The notes under the pieces were generated by a model. It was not told the origin of the DNA. It searched no databases and saw only the letters and a list, made by a program, of their open reading frames with translations. A program made the translations under genes and the position numbers. A stretch of DNA of 62,688 nucleotides, counting the filler. It is 6 parts of 6 records of this genome, joined end to end, with 100 filler letters (N's around TTAATTAATTAA, not from the genome) between each part and the next. Parts side by side here need not be neighbours in the genome. Positions count along the whole stretch, not along the records: positions 1 to 27,662 come from SRR20825019_349; 5 more parts are not named here. One strand, 5' to 3'. Shown in pieces: positions 11,112 to 22,044 of this stretch (positions within the stretch are counted from its first letter, which is position 1; each line of letters starts with the position of its first letter).

Positions 11112-11829
11112 GCCGGTCATTCGTGATATCTGGGTTTATCTTTCAACGTCGCCGTTGCTTGGCCTGACCATTACGCTGGTGGCCTATGGCCTTGCCTATC
11201 GGCTCTATCTCAAGTCCAACTCCAGCCCCCTGGCCAATCCGGTGGTTACCTCAGTGGCGATGCTGATTGCCCTGTTGATGCTCACTGGTACCTCCTACGA
11301 GGAGTACTTCGAAGGCGGGCAGTTCGTTCACTTCCTGTTGGGGCCTGCCACGGTGGCGCTGGCGGTTCCCCTTTACCAGCAGTTTTCCCGGCTGCGCCAA
11401 CTCTGGTTGCCGGTATCCATTTCCCTGGTGTGTGGTGTTGTGATTGCAGCGGGCAGCTCCATTGGGCTTGCCTGGCTTCTTGGCGGCTCCACTGAGATTC
11501 AGGTGTCCCTGGCGCCCAAATCCGCCACGGCGCCGGTTGCCATGGGGATCTCCGAAACCATCGGCGGCATTCCGTCCCTGACCGCCGTTCTGGTGGTGGC
11601 CACTGGTATTGTCGGTGCGGTGCTCGGTACCAAACTGTTTGAATGGATGCGTATCACCGACGACAGTGTGAAAGGCATCGCCATGGGTGTGGCGGCCCAT
11701 GGCATTGGCACAGCACGAGCATTTCAGGTCAGTTCCCAGATGGGCGCTTTTTCGGGGCTGGCGATGGCGCTGTCGGCGTTTGCGACGGCATTGATTGTGC
11801 CCTGGTTGGTGGATTTACTCGGAATTTAG
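11104..11829 (+). CDS. LrgB family membrane protein
   Basis: LGPATVALAVPLY, APKSATAPVA, AHGIGTARA; overlaps cidA-like stop. Confidence 0.9.
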   Translation: MNEPVIRDIWVYLSTSPLLGLTITLVAYGLAYRLYLKSNSSPLANPVVTSVAMLIALLMLTGTSYEEYFEGGQFVHFLLGPATVALAVPLYQQFSRLRQLWLPVSISLVCGVVIAAGSSIGLAWLLGGSTEIQVSLAPKSATAPVAMGISETIGGIPSLTAVLVVATGIVGAVLGTKLFEWMRITDDSVKGIAMGVAAHGIGTARAFQVSSQMGAFSGLAMALSAFATALIVPWLVDLLGI

Positions 11830-11848
11830 ACCGGCAGCAGGAGGTAAA

Positions 11849-13921
11849 GTGATCGTTCACAGGAGATTGGTTGTGGTCTTTTCAGCGCTGATATCCGCTG
11901 GAACATGGGCTACCGCCAATGCGCAGCAAAGCGTGGAGTCGCAAGACAATGTCATCAAGGTGACGTCGCCCCGCCTTGAGAGAGACCTCTACGAGACCCC
12001 CGCTGCGGTGTCCGTGACCAATGCCCCGGACATCCAGGAGGGCCAGCAGAGGCTGCAACTGGACGAGTCCCTGGATACTGTCCCTGGCCTGTTCTTCCAG
12101 AACCGCTACAACTTCGCCCAGAATCTGCGGCTGTCCACCCGTGGTTTTGGTGCCCGGGCGCCATTCGGCATTCGCGGCATTCGTATACAGGTGGATGGCA
12201 TCCCCTACACGTTGCCCGATGGGCAGTCTCAGATTGATGCGGTGGACCTGGACTCGGCACAGCGCATTGAAGTGATTCGCGGGCCGTCGTCGGTTCAGTA
12301 CGGTAACGCCTCCGGTGGGGTGATCGACATTACCACGGCCCGTGGAGACGAAATGCCGCCGGGCGCGCGCCTGCGTCAGGATGTGGGAAGCAACGACTAT
12401 TACAAAACCACGTTCCAGGCCAACGGAAGTGAGGGGGCGACGAGTGGCATCGCAACTGCGTCCTGGCTTAACTACAACGGTTACCGCGATCAGAGCCAGG
12501 TTGAGAAAGGCCTTTTCAATGGGCGGGTGTCTCATGGTTGGGGAGCCGGGCAGCGTTTAACGGCCACCTTAAATGCCTTGCACACGCCAAAAGCAGAAGA
12601 CCCCGCCGGCCTGACAGCGAGCCAGGTGGAACAGGATCGCCGCCAGGCGACGGCCAATGCCGAACGGCTCGACGCCGGCCAGGACGTTGACCAGCAGACG
12701 CTTGGGTTGCTGTATGAAACCGCCGAGATGGGTACTGGGGACCTGGCCGTTAGTACCTTTTTTACGCACCGTGATTTTGCCCAGCAACTGCCGTTTCCCG
12801 GCCCCAGCCGAATTGCCTACGACCGGCAGTTCTACGGCGTCAGTACGGATTACCAGCAGGGCAGCAAGGTAGCGGGCCTTCCGCTGACCTGGGTGGTGGG
12901 CGTTGACCTTCATCGCCAGGTTGATGAACGCCGGCGCTATTCGGTGTCGTTTAACGGTGATGTCACCGGACAAACCCAGGACGAAACCCAGAACGGCACT
13001 ACCGCCGCGGTGTTTGCCCAGGGTGACCTGGCATTGACGGAGCGCCTGAACGTGTCTCTGGGCACCCGGTTTGATCGCCTGCGGCTGTCGGTGGATGACC
13101 ACAGGATCAGTGACGGAGACGATTCCGGCAGCCGCACCTATCGGGAATTCAGTGGTTTTGCAGGAGTCAGCTATCGGTTGGCGCCACGCCAGCAGTTCTA
13201 CGCCACAGTGGGCACGGCCTTTGAAGCACCCACCTTCACGGAGTTTGCCAATCCCGACGGCAGCGGTGGCTTCAATCCAGACATTGAGCCCCAGCAGGCG
13301 CTTAACCGGGAAGTCGGTATACGCGGCGGCCTGGGGCAGGGGATTCGTTATGACCTGGCGCTGTTCTCCGTCCGCGTCGACGACGAAATCCTGCCCTATG
13401 AGATCAATAACCGTACCTTCTACGAAAACGCCGGGCGCACAGAACGGAATGGGGTGGAGCTTGGCCTGAAGTGGGACATTTCCTACGCCTGGCGCGTAAC
13501 CAGTGCCATGACCCTGGCGGACTACACACTCAAGGACTTTACCGACGAGCAGGGAAACGACGCCGATGGCAATCGCCTGCCGGGGTTACCGCAGGAGCAA
13601 TGGGTTACGGAAATTGAGTGGCGCGGTGACGGGCAACGGTTTGCTGCCCTGGAGTGGCAGTACGTGGGTGACCTGTACGCCGAGAACAGCAACCAGACCA
13701 GGGTCAGCGACTACTGGCTGCTGGGGATTCGGGCCGGTGACAGCGTTCGCGTGGGCAGTCAGAAATTCAGCGTCTACGGCGGTATCCGCAACCTTCTGGA
13801 TGAGGATTACTTCAGCAATATCCGCATCAATGCCAATGCAGACAGGCCGATAGAAGATCGCGGCTACTATGAACCCGCGCCCGGCAGAACTTTCTATGCC
13901 GGGCTGGAGTGGGCATTCTGA
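11849..13921 (+). CDS. TonB-dependent outer membrane receptor (YncD-like)
   Basis: Signal peptide, plug RGFGARAPFGIRGI, IEVIRGPSS, C-terminal YEPAPGR...WAF; RBS GGAGG before GTG. Confidence 0.9.
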   Translation: MIVHRRLVVVFSALISAGTWATANAQQSVESQDNVIKVTSPRLERDLYETPAAVSVTNAPDIQEGQQRLQLDESLDTVPGLFFQNRYNFAQNLRLSTRGFGARAPFGIRGIRIQVDGIPYTLPDGQSQIDAVDLDSAQRIEVIRGPSSVQYGNASGGVIDITTARGDEMPPGARLRQDVGSNDYYKTTFQANGSEGATSGIATASWLNYNGYRDQSQVEKGLFNGRVSHGWGAGQRLTATLNALHTPKAEDPAGLTASQVEQDRRQATANAERLDAGQDVDQQTLGLLYETAEMGTGDLAVSTFFTHRDFAQQLPFPGPSRIAYDRQFYGVSTDYQQGSKVAGLPLTWVVGVDLHRQVDERRRYSVSFNGDVTGQTQDETQNGTTAAVFAQGDLALTERLNVSLGTRFDRLRLSVDDHRISDGDDSGSRTYREFSGFAGVSYRLAPRQQFYATVGTAFEAPTFTEFANPDGSGGFNPDIEPQQALNREVGIRGGLGQGIRYDLALFSVRVDDEILPYEINNRTFYENAGRTERNGVELGLKWDISYAWRVTSAMTLADYTLKDFTDEQGNDADGNRLPGLPQEQWVTEIEWRGDGQRFAALEWQYVGDLYAENSNQTRVSDYWLLGIRAGDSVRVGSQKFSVYGGIRNLLDEDYFSNIRINANADRPIEDRGYYEPAPGRTFYAGLEWAF

Positions 13922-13937
13922 CAATCAATGGCGACAT

Positions 13938-15485
13938 TCAATCCGCGTCGTCCGGTTCCCGTTGCGGGCAGTGGCACTCCTCCATGACCACGCCGTTGTC
14001 GACGCTTTCAAGGTGGACATCAAAGCCCCACAAACGATGCACGTGACGAAGCACCTCGTCAGTGTCGTCGCCAAGTGGAACCCTGTCGACGGGGATGTGC
14101 CGCAGGGTCAGTGATCGATCCCCCCTGACATCCACATTCCAGACCTGGATATTGGGTTCGCGGTAGCTCAGGTTGTATTGCCGTGCCAGCTTTTCCCGAA
14201 GGCTGCGGTAGCCGGGGTCATCGTGGATGGCGGTGATCCGGTAGACGTCTTCCTCATCATCGTTCTGAATGGCAAAAAGCTTCAGATCCCTCATCACTTT
14301 TGGGGACAGGAACTGCTGGATGAAACTCTCATCCTTGAAATTCTTCATGGCGAAATGCAGGGTTTCCAGCCAATCAGAACCGGCAAAGTCCGGGAACCAT
14401 TCGCGGTCCTCGTCGGTGGGATTCTCACAGATCCGCCGCAGGTCGGTGAACATCGAAAAACCCAGAGTGTAGGGGTTGATGCCCGAATACCAGGGGCTGT
14501 CAAACGGTGGTTGGTAAACCACGGCCGTATGACTTTGCAGAAACTCCATCATGAAACCGTCGTTCACCAAGCCCTTGTCGTACATTCTGTGTAGCAGGGT
14601 GTAATGCCAGAAGGTGGCCCAGCCTTCGTTCATCACCTGGGTCTGGCGCTGCGGGTAGAAGTACTGGCCCAGCTTGCGAACGATACGGATGATTTCCCGC
14701 TGCCAGGTTTCCAGTAGTGGCGCGTTCTTCTCGATGAAGTAGAGGATGTTTTCCTGGGGTTCTTCCGGGTAGCGCTTCTTGCGGCTCACCGGGTCGTCAT
14801 CCTCGCCCATTTTGGGGATGGTGCGCCAAAGATCGTTGAGCCGGCGCTGCTGATATTCCTCGCGTTCCTTTTGCCGGCGCAGCTCTTCGGCGGCAGAGAT
14901 CGGCGCGGGGCGTTTGTAGCGGTCAACGCCGTAGTTCATCAGCGCGTGGCAGGAATCCAGGATTTCTTCCACCGCATCCAGGCCATAACGCTCCTCGCAC
15001 TCGGCCACGTAGTTACGGGCGAATACCAGATAGTCAATGATGGCGCTGGCGTCGGTCCAAGTGCGGAACAGGTAGTTGCCCTTGAAGAACGAGTTGTGGC
15101 CATAGGAAGCGTGGGCAATCACCAATGCCTGCATGGGCAGGGTGTTCTCCTCCATCAGGTAAGCGATGCAAGGATCGGAGTTGATCACGATCTCGTAGGC
15201 AAGCCCCATCTGCCCCCGCTGATACCCTTTGGAGGTAGACAGGAACTGCTTGCCGAAAGACCAATGGTGGTAACCCACGGGCATACCGACGGAGCTGTAG
15301 GCGTCCATCATCTGTTCGGCGCTGATCACCTCCACCTGATTGGGGTAGGTGTCGAGACCGAACTCCGCCGCGCATTTGGCGATTTCCTCGTCGTATTTCT
15401 CGATCAGCGGGAAGGTCCACTCGGAACTGGTGGAGATAGGTTCCCGGGTTTTCGGCTCGTTGGGTCTGTCGATGGTGTCGGTCAT
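13938..15485 (-). CDS. ycgB: SpoVR family protein
   Basis: [24 protein letters not shown]; third gene of the prkA-yeaH-spoVR operon. Confidence 0.92.
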   Translation of the reverse strand: MTDTIDRPNEPKTREPISTSSEWTFPLIEKYDEEIAKCAAEFGLDTYPNQVEVISAEQMMDAYSSVGMPVGYHHWSFGKQFLSTSKGYQRGQMGLAYEIVINSDPCIAYLMEENTLPMQALVIAHASYGHNSFFKGNYLFRTWTDASAIIDYLVFARNYVAECEERYGLDAVEEILDSCHALMNYGVDRYKRPAPISAAEELRRQKEREEYQQRRLNDLWRTIPKMGEDDDPVSRKKRYPEEPQENILYFIEKNAPLLETWQREIIRIVRKLGQYFYPQRQTQVMNEGWATFWHYTLLHRMYDKGLVNDGFMMEFLQSHTAVVYQPPFDSPWYSGINPYTLGFSMFTDLRRICENPTDEDREWFPDFAGSDWLETLHFAMKNFKDESFIQQFLSPKVMRDLKLFAIQNDDEEDVYRITAIHDDPGYRSLREKLARQYNLSYREPNIQVWNVDVRGDRSLTLRHIPVDRVPLGDDTDEVLRHVHRLWGFDVHLESVDNGVVMEECHCPQREPDDAD

Positions 15486-16777
15486 GCGGCTTTCCTCTCG
15501 AACAACTGGCGGAAGACCGGATAGATTTCACCAGGGTCGGCGATCTGTTGCAGTGCGAAGCTCTGCGGGAACCGCTCCTGAATTTTCTCGTATTCGTACC
15601 AGAGCATCTGGTGATCCTGGGGCGTGATCTCCACATAAGCGTAATACTGCACCAAAGGCAGGATGCTGTCGGCCAGCAACTTGCTGCAGATGGGCGAATC
15701 ATCGTTCCAGTTGTCACCGTCCGAAGCCTGGGCGGCATAGATGTTCCACTCCGCAGGGGAGTAGCGGGACTCGATGATCTTGTGCATCAGTTTCAGAGCA
15801 CTGGATACGATGGTGCCGCCTGTTTCCCGTGAGTAGAAGAACTCTTCCTCGTCCACTTCCTTGGCGCTGGTGTGGTGGCGGATGAAGACCACTTCGATCT
15901 TCTTGTAGTTCTTCTTCAGGAACAGATACAGCAGGATGAAGAAACGTTTGGCGATGTCCTTGTGCATCTGGGTCATCGACCCGGACACATCCATCAGGCA
16001 GAACATTACGGCACTGGTGGCTGGCTGGGGCTTCTTCACGTGCTGGCGGTACCGCAGGTCAATCTCGTCAATGAACGGGATGCGCCGGACATTGGCCTTG
16101 AGATCGGCAATCTCATCCTCCAGGGCTTTGATCTGGTCCTCGTGGCTGAAGGCCGGGTCCAGATCCTCCGGTGCGCTTTTCAGCGCGGCCAGTTCTTCCT
16201 CCATTCTGCGGATTTTCTTGCGGCGTGCGCCACCGAGGCCAAGACGTCGGGCATGGGCGCCTCGTAATGAGCGAACCACGTCCAGCTTGGCGGGTATGCC
16301 CTGGGTTGAAAAACCGGAGCGAACGTATTTGAACGCCTCGGTGTCTTTCAGCTTTTTACGGGCGAGATTGGGAAGTTCCAGATCATCAAACAGAAAGTCG
16401 AGGAATTCTTCCTGGGTAATCTGAAAGGCGAACTCATCCATGCCTTCGCCATCCGGGCTGGCCTGGCCCTGTCCCTGGCCTCCGCCGCCACCTCCCGGAG
16501 GTTTGGGCACCGTGTCACCGGTGACGAACTCCTTGTTGCCCGGATGCACCATCTCCCGCTTGCCACCCTGGCCATGGTGGAAGATTGGTTCGTCAGTATC
16601 CCGGGACGGAATACTGACATTCTCACCACGCTCAATATCCGTAATGGAGCGCCGGTGAACCGCGTCCGCCACGGCCTTCTTGATGTGATGGCGGTAACGG
16701 CGCAGGAAACGTTCCCGGTTTACCGCGCTCTTGTTCTTGCCGTTCAGTCGCCGGTCGACTACGTGGGTCATACCCAT
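15482..16777 (-). CDS. yeaH: YeaH/YhbH family (DUF444, VWA-like) protein
   Basis: [31 protein letters not shown]. Confidence 0.92.
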   Translation of the reverse strand: MGMTHVVDRRLNGKNKSAVNRERFLRRYRHHIKKAVADAVHRRSITDIERGENVSIPSRDTDEPIFHHGQGGKREMVHPGNKEFVTGDTVPKPPGGGGGGQGQGQASPDGEGMDEFAFQITQEEFLDFLFDDLELPNLARKKLKDTEAFKYVRSGFSTQGIPAKLDVVRSLRGAHARRLGLGGARRKKIRRMEEELAALKSAPEDLDPAFSHEDQIKALEDEIADLKANVRRIPFIDEIDLRYRQHVKKPQPATSAVMFCLMDVSGSMTQMHKDIAKRFFILLYLFLKKNYKKIEVVFIRHHTSAKEVDEEEFFYSRETGGTIVSSALKLMHKIIESRYSPAEWNIYAAQASDGDNWNDDSPICSKLLADSILPLVQYYAYVEITPQDHQMLWYEYEKIQERFPQSFALQQIADPGEIYPVFRQLFERKAA

Positions 16778-16810
16778 AGTTTCACTCCAGTTCAGCGTAT
16801 GAAGGCTGAC

Positions 16811-18733
16811 TTATTGAGACTTACGAACCCGCAGGTACCATTCCGCAAGGAGGCGGACCTGTTTCTCCGTGTAGCCTCGATCGACCATACGTTCGACGAA
16901 CTGCTTGTGCTTGTTCTGATCCTCCTGGCTGGCCTTCGGATTGAAGGAAATAACCGGCAGCAGGTCCTCGGTATTGGAGAACATTTTCTTCTCGATCACG
17001 CTGCGCAGTTTTTCGTAGCTGAGCCAGGACGGGTTGCGACCCTGGTTGTTCGCCCGTGCCCGCAACACGAAATTGACTACCTCGTTGCGGAAGTCTTTCG
17101 GGTTGCTGATGCCGGCCGGCTTCTCGATTTTCTCCAGTTCGTCGTTAATGGACGAGCGGTCGAGAATTTCCCCGGTTTCCGGATCACGGTATTCCTGATC
17201 CTGAATCCAGAAGTCGGCATAGGTGACGTAGCGATCGAACAGGTTCTGGCCGTATTCGCTGTAGCTTTCGAGGTAAGCCGTCTGGATTTCCTTGCCAATA
17301 AACTCAACGTAGTGAGGCGCCAGGAACTCCTTGATAAACCGCAGGTAGCGGTCGTGGGTCTCGGCCTGGAACTGCTCCTGCTCGATCTGTTTTTCCAGTA
17401 CATAGAGCAGATGAACCGGGTTAGCCGCCACCTCCGTGGTGTCGAAGTTGAAGACCTTGGACAGAATCTTGAACGCGAAACGGGTGGACAGCCCGTCCAT
17501 GCCCTCATTCACGCCGGCTGAATCGCGATATTCCTGGATCGACTTGGCTTTGGGATCGGTATCCTTGATGTTCTGGCCATCGTAAACCCGCATCTTGGAA
17601 AAGATACTGGAGTTTTCCGGCTCTTTGACCCGCGACAGGATGGAGAACTGCGCCAGCATATCCAGGGTGTCCGGTGCGCAGGGGGCGCCGGAAAGGGAAC
17701 TGTCGCGCAGCAATTTGCGATAAATATCAATCTCTTCCGTCACGCGCAGGCAGTAGGGCACCTTGACGATATACACCCGGTCAAGGAAGGCCTCATTGTG
17801 CTTGTTGTTACGGAAGGTCTGCCACTCGGACTCGTTGGAGTGGGCCAGGATAATACCGTCGAACGGCACGGAGCCCATGCCTTCGGTGGTGTTGTAGTTG
17901 CCTTCCTGGGTGGCGGTCAGTAACGGATGCAGCACCTTGATAGGCGCCTTGAACATTTCCACGAATTCCATCAGGCCCTGGTTGGCCTTGCACAGGCCGC
18001 CGCTGAAGCTGTAGGCGTCCGGGTCATCCTGGGAGAAGTCTTCCAGCATGCGGATATTCACCTTGCCTACGAGGGCGGAGATGTCCTGGTTATTGTCATC
18101 GCCCGGCTCGGTCTTTGATACACCCACCTGGTCCAGTACCGACGGGTACATCTTCACCACACGGAACTGACTGATGTCGCCGCCGTACTCGTGCAGGCGT
18201 TTTACCGCCCAGGGCGACATGATGGACTTGAGGTAGCGGGACGGAATGCCGTATTCCTCTTCCAGAATACTCGCATCCTCAGCGGGATCGAACAGGCCTA
18301 GTGGCGACTCGTTAACGGGTGAGCCCTTGATCGCATAGAAGGGCACTTTCTGCATCAGTGACTTGAGTTTTTCAGCGAGAGAGGACTTGCCGCCACCGAC
18401 GGGGCCAAGCAGGTAGAGGATCTGTTTCTTCTCTTCCAGGCCCTGGGCAGCGTGGCGGAAGAAGGAGACGATGTTTTCCACGGCCTCTTCCATGCCATAG
18501 AACTCGGAGAATTCCGGGTAACGCTTGATCACCTTGTTGGAAAAGATACGTGACAGCCGGGAGTCACGGGATGTGTCGATATGCTCCGGCTCGCCGATGG
18601 CCAGTAACATCCTTTCTGCGGCAGTGGCGTATGCCGCCGGGTCCTTTTTGCAGATCTCCAGGTATTCCTCAAGAGTGTATTCTTCTTCCTGAGTTGCTTC
18701 ATACCGGTCTTTGAAATGCTGCATTATGCTCAT
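16811..18733 (-). CDS. yeaG: PrkA family serine protein kinase/AAA ATPase
   Basis: LLGPVGGGKSS Walker A, EFVEMFK, AHSNESE. Confidence 0.93.
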   Translation of the reverse strand: MSIMQHFKDRYEATQEEEYTLEEYLEICKKDPAAYATAAERMLLAIGEPEHIDTSRDSRLSRIFSNKVIKRYPEFSEFYGMEEAVENIVSFFRHAAQGLEEKKQILYLLGPVGGGKSSLAEKLKSLMQKVPFYAIKGSPVNESPLGLFDPAEDASILEEEYGIPSRYLKSIMSPWAVKRLHEYGGDISQFRVVKMYPSVLDQVGVSKTEPGDDNNQDISALVGKVNIRMLEDFSQDDPDAYSFSGGLCKANQGLMEFVEMFKAPIKVLHPLLTATQEGNYNTTEGMGSVPFDGIILAHSNESEWQTFRNNKHNEAFLDRVYIVKVPYCLRVTEEIDIYRKLLRDSSLSGAPCAPDTLDMLAQFSILSRVKEPENSSIFSKMRVYDGQNIKDTDPKAKSIQEYRDSAGVNEGMDGLSTRFAFKILSKVFNFDTTEVAANPVHLLYVLEKQIEQEQFQAETHDRYLRFIKEFLAPHYVEFIGKEIQTAYLESYSEYGQNLFDRYVTYADFWIQDQEYRDPETGEILDRSSINDELEKIEKPAGISNPKDFRNEVVNFVLRARANNQGRNPSWLSYEKLRSVIEKKMFSNTEDLLPVISFNPKASQEDQNKHKQFVERMVDRGYTEKQVRLLAEWYLRVRKSQ

Positions 18734-18966
18734 AGATGGCCCCTCGCTTGCTCTCTTGCCATGAAAAGACAGCTTTTAGTTCACACAATATCCCCGTTGC
18801 TGTTGGGTCCGCCGCTCCAGGCGGTCGTTATGGTTATGGGTGGAAGTAAAGGGAGTAACAGACCGATTTACGCTGACGCGTTTATGTCGGTCTTGTTACT
18901 GTGAGCTTAGTTCAAGCTTCGGGACTTGGACAGGAGTAAAAGCGTTAAGGTTCATTAAATTGTGTA

Positions 18967-19620
18967 TCAGCGCTTGCTGAGACGGAACACACTCTCCGTC
19001 GCGCCAGCAAGCCCTTTACGCTTGGTAAAAGGGTGATCTTTTGCCAGCGTATTGGTGAGTATATGTTCGATCTCGTAATCAGCGGAGTATAGTTTCAGTA
19101 CTTCTTCGTCACTGACATTGAACGGCGGGCCCTTGATGTCGGTGTCGTAGTCCAGGGTGATCAGAAGTATGCGGGTGCCATCCGGAATCACGGCGGTCAG
19201 GTGGTCGACATAATCCTGGCGCATGTGGGGTGGCAGGGCGATCAGGGCAGCACGATCGTACACCAGCCGGACGTGCTTCAGGTCCTCCGGCACCAACTGG
19301 AAAAAGTCGCCGCACCAAAGCTGGAGATCGTCGTGGGCAAATTTGGTGAAGGGTTCACCCGGGTGAACCTTCGCTTTCTCCTGGCCCTCTTCGAAGAAGT
19401 CCTTGCAGGCAACGTCACTCAATTCCACGCCGATGACAGCGTGGCCGCGGTCATGGAGCCACCACATGTCATGGGCCTTTCCGCACAGGGGAACGAGCAC
19501 GGTACCGGTGCCATTGCCGGCGAGCTCTGGCCAGTGGTCATGGAGGTACTGATTGACGGTGCCTTCGTGGAAGCCGATTTCTTTCTTGGCCCAGCGTTCG
19601 TGCCAGAACTGATGTTCCAT
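18967..19620 (-). CDS. tpm: Thiopurine S-methyltransferase
   Basis: FWHERW..EIGFH, VPLCGK, YDRAALIAL, GPPF. Confidence 0.9.
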   Translation of the reverse strand: MEHQFWHERWAKKEIGFHEGTVNQYLHDHWPELAGNGTGTVLVPLCGKAHDMWWLHDRGHAVIGVELSDVACKDFFEEGQEKAKVHPGEPFTKFAHDDLQLWCGDFFQLVPEDLKHVRLVYDRAALIALPPHMRQDYVDHLTAVIPDGTRILLITLDYDTDIKGPPFNVSDEEVLKLYSADYEIEHILTNTLAKDHPFTKRKGLAGATESVFRLSKR

Positions 19621-19717
19621 GAGTGTTCCCCTTTTCGCCAATTGGAGGTTTCGCTCAGTCTAACTTAATCTGGGGCTCTGTTGGTCGGCCAAAAACTTCA
19701 TGAATAAGGAACGACGA

Positions 19718-20653
19718 ATGAAAGCCGTATTTCTGGATGCAGACACACTGGGTAACGATGTGGACCTCTCGCCGATTGAGGCAGTGACCGGGGAAATGGT
19801 CAAACATCCGCGAACGTCCCCCGAGCAGGTGCAGGAGCGCATACGGGGGTTCGACACGGTATTGGTGAATAAGGTTGTGCTGTCGCGGGAGCACTTCGAG
19901 GCCTGCCCGGAGCTAAAGACGGTTGCGGTGGTGGCGACGGGGCTGAACAACATTGATAAGGACGCGGCGAAAGACCACAGCGTAACGGTGATGAACGTGA
20001 CCAACTATGGCCGCTCCACCGTGGCGCAGCACACCATGGCGTTGATTCTCGCGCTGGCCACGCGCTTGGTGGATTACGACAAGGACGTGCGGGCCGGGCG
20101 CTGGGGGCAAAGCTCGATGTTCTGCCTGATGGATCATCCCATCATGGAACTGGAAGGGCGCACGCTGGGGGTTGTTGGCTATGGCGACCTTGGGCAGGGC
20201 GTTGTGGAGCGCGCAAAGGCGTTTGGGATGAATATTGTGCTTGGCGCAAGGCCCGGACAGGCAACTGGTGAGGTGGATGGTTACCCCCGGATTCCCCTGG
20301 ATGAGCTGCTGCCCAAAGTGGATGTGCTGTCGCTTCACTGCCTGCTGACGGACGACACCCGGAATATGATAGGCGCCCGCGAACTGAAGATGATGAAAAA
20401 GGAGGCGCTGCTGATCAATACCAGCCGTGGCGGCCTGGTGGACGAGCAGGCGCTTGCGGATGCCCTGCGGGCGGGGACTATTGGCGGTGCCGGCTTTGAT
20501 GTGCTGACGGAGGAGCCGCCCCGAAATGGCAATGCGTTGCTGGCGGATGATATTCCCAACCTGATTGTGACGCCACATTCGGCCTGGGCGAGTCGGGAAG
20601 CGCGGCAACGGATCGTCGATATTACGGCGCGTAATCTGTCTTCGCTGGTCTGA
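19718..20653 (+). CDS. D-2-hydroxyacid (glycerate/hydroxypyruvate) dehydrogenase
   Basis: GYGDLG Rossmann motif, INTSRG, DVLTEEPP, TPHSAW. Confidence 0.88.
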   Translation: MKAVFLDADTLGNDVDLSPIEAVTGEMVKHPRTSPEQVQERIRGFDTVLVNKVVLSREHFEACPELKTVAVVATGLNNIDKDAAKDHSVTVMNVTNYGRSTVAQHTMALILALATRLVDYDKDVRAGRWGQSSMFCLMDHPIMELEGRTLGVVGYGDLGQGVVERAKAFGMNIVLGARPGQATGEVDGYPRIPLDELLPKVDVLSLHCLLTDDTRNMIGARELKMMKKEALLINTSRGGLVDEQALADALRAGTIGGAGFDVLTEEPPRNGNALLADDIPNLIVTPHSAWASREARQRIVDITARNLSSLV

Positions 20654-20815
20654 TTTTCTGACGGTTTTCCCGGGTACGCCCCCTCACTCCCCCCTGAAAA
20701 GTTCGCAGCCGTATGACGCGGCTGCGGTTCTTCCCCGCCTAAACTCCCTGTGAAATGCCCCCGATAGGGGCATGCGTTTCACCAACGCTCAAACAATAAC
20801 AACAGGGCGATACCT

Positions 20816-22033
20816 ATGATCAGACCTCTCCTGGCTCTTATGCTTTCCTGTGTTTTCTTTTCTGCACCGGCATTCTCCTTTGAACGCGGTGAATTGCTTA
20901 TCTGGATCAACTCCGACAAGGGGTATGAAGGGCTGGCTGAGGTTGGCCGACGCTTCGAAGCCGAAACCGGCATTCCTGTGACCGTGGAGACGCCGGACGA
21001 TCTCACCTCCGAGTACGACCATTATGGCTATTCCTCCAAGGCGCCCGATATCGTGATCTGGCCCCATGATCGTTTTGGAAGCTGGATCAATGAGGGCCAC
21101 CTGCGCCCCATCGAGCCGTCCGAGCAGGTGCGTGAGGCTATTGCACCCTTTGCCTGGCAGGCGGTTTCCGTGGGCGATCGGGTGTATGGCTACCCAATCG
21201 CCATGGAAGTGGTCAGTCTGCTCTACAACAAGGATTTGGTCTCAACACCGCCCGCCACTCTGAAAGGCGTGAAAGCTGAGCATCAACGACTGAGCGCACA
21301 GGGTATTGAGGCCATCTCCTGGGACTACAAGAATGTGTATTTTTCCTGGCCAGTGTTCGCCGGATCCGGTGGGTACAGTTTCGGCCTGGAAAACCAGGTT
21401 TACGACCTCTCCGATGTTGGTGTGGACACAGATGGCGCTGTCGGTGCCGTGGCAGGCATAAAAGACTTGCTGGATTCCGGTGTGCTGTCGGCAGATGCGG
21501 ATTACGGCACCATGATGGACGGCTTCAAGGCCGGTCAGACTGCGATGATCATTAACGGTCCCTGGGCCTGGAGTGAGATACGGGACGCCGGTATAAACGT
21601 GGGCATAGCCGACGTGCCCACTGTCAGCGGTGAACCTGGAAAACCCTTTGTGGGCGTGCTGGCCGCGGGGATCAGCGCGGTATCCACCAACCATGAACTG
21701 GCCCGTCAGTTCATGGAGGACTATCTGCTGACCGAATCCGGCCTGCACGCCGTGAATGACGACAAGCCCCTTGGCGCCGTGGCCCATCTGGAAGTGGTGA
21801 AAACCCTCAGCGAAGACCCGTTTATTGACCATACCTTCCGCTCCGCCAGTCGCGGGGAAATCATGCCTAACATTCCTGAGATGAAACGCTTCTGGGATCT
21901 GATGACCATCCGCTTTGACGGCATGCTGGCCGATGATTACCCCATAGCGTCCACGCTCAAGGAGGCTGCAGGTCGGCTTGAAAGGCTGGATGACATGCGG
22001 GGCTGGACACGCCGGCATTACGTTACGAACTGA
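20816..22033 (+). CDS. Periplasmic maltose/maltodextrin-binding protein-like
   Basis: [43 protein letters not shown] match MalE; signal peptide. Confidence 0.85.
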   Translation: MIRPLLALMLSCVFFSAPAFSFERGELLIWINSDKGYEGLAEVGRRFEAETGIPVTVETPDDLTSEYDHYGYSSKAPDIVIWPHDRFGSWINEGHLRPIEPSEQVREAIAPFAWQAVSVGDRVYGYPIAMEVVSLLYNKDLVSTPPATLKGVKAEHQRLSAQGIEAISWDYKNVYFSWPVFAGSGGYSFGLENQVYDLSDVGVDTDGAVGAVAGIKDLLDSGVLSADADYGTMMDGFKAGQTAMIINGPWAWSEIRDAGINVGIADVPTVSGEPGKPFVGVLAAGISAVSTNHELARQFMEDYLLTESGLHAVNDDKPLGAVAHLEVVKTLSEDPFIDHTFRSASRGEIMPNIPEMKRFWDLMTIRFDGMLADDYPIASTLKEAAGRLERLDDMRGWTRRHYVTN

Positions 22034-22044
22034 GTGAGCTCGCT

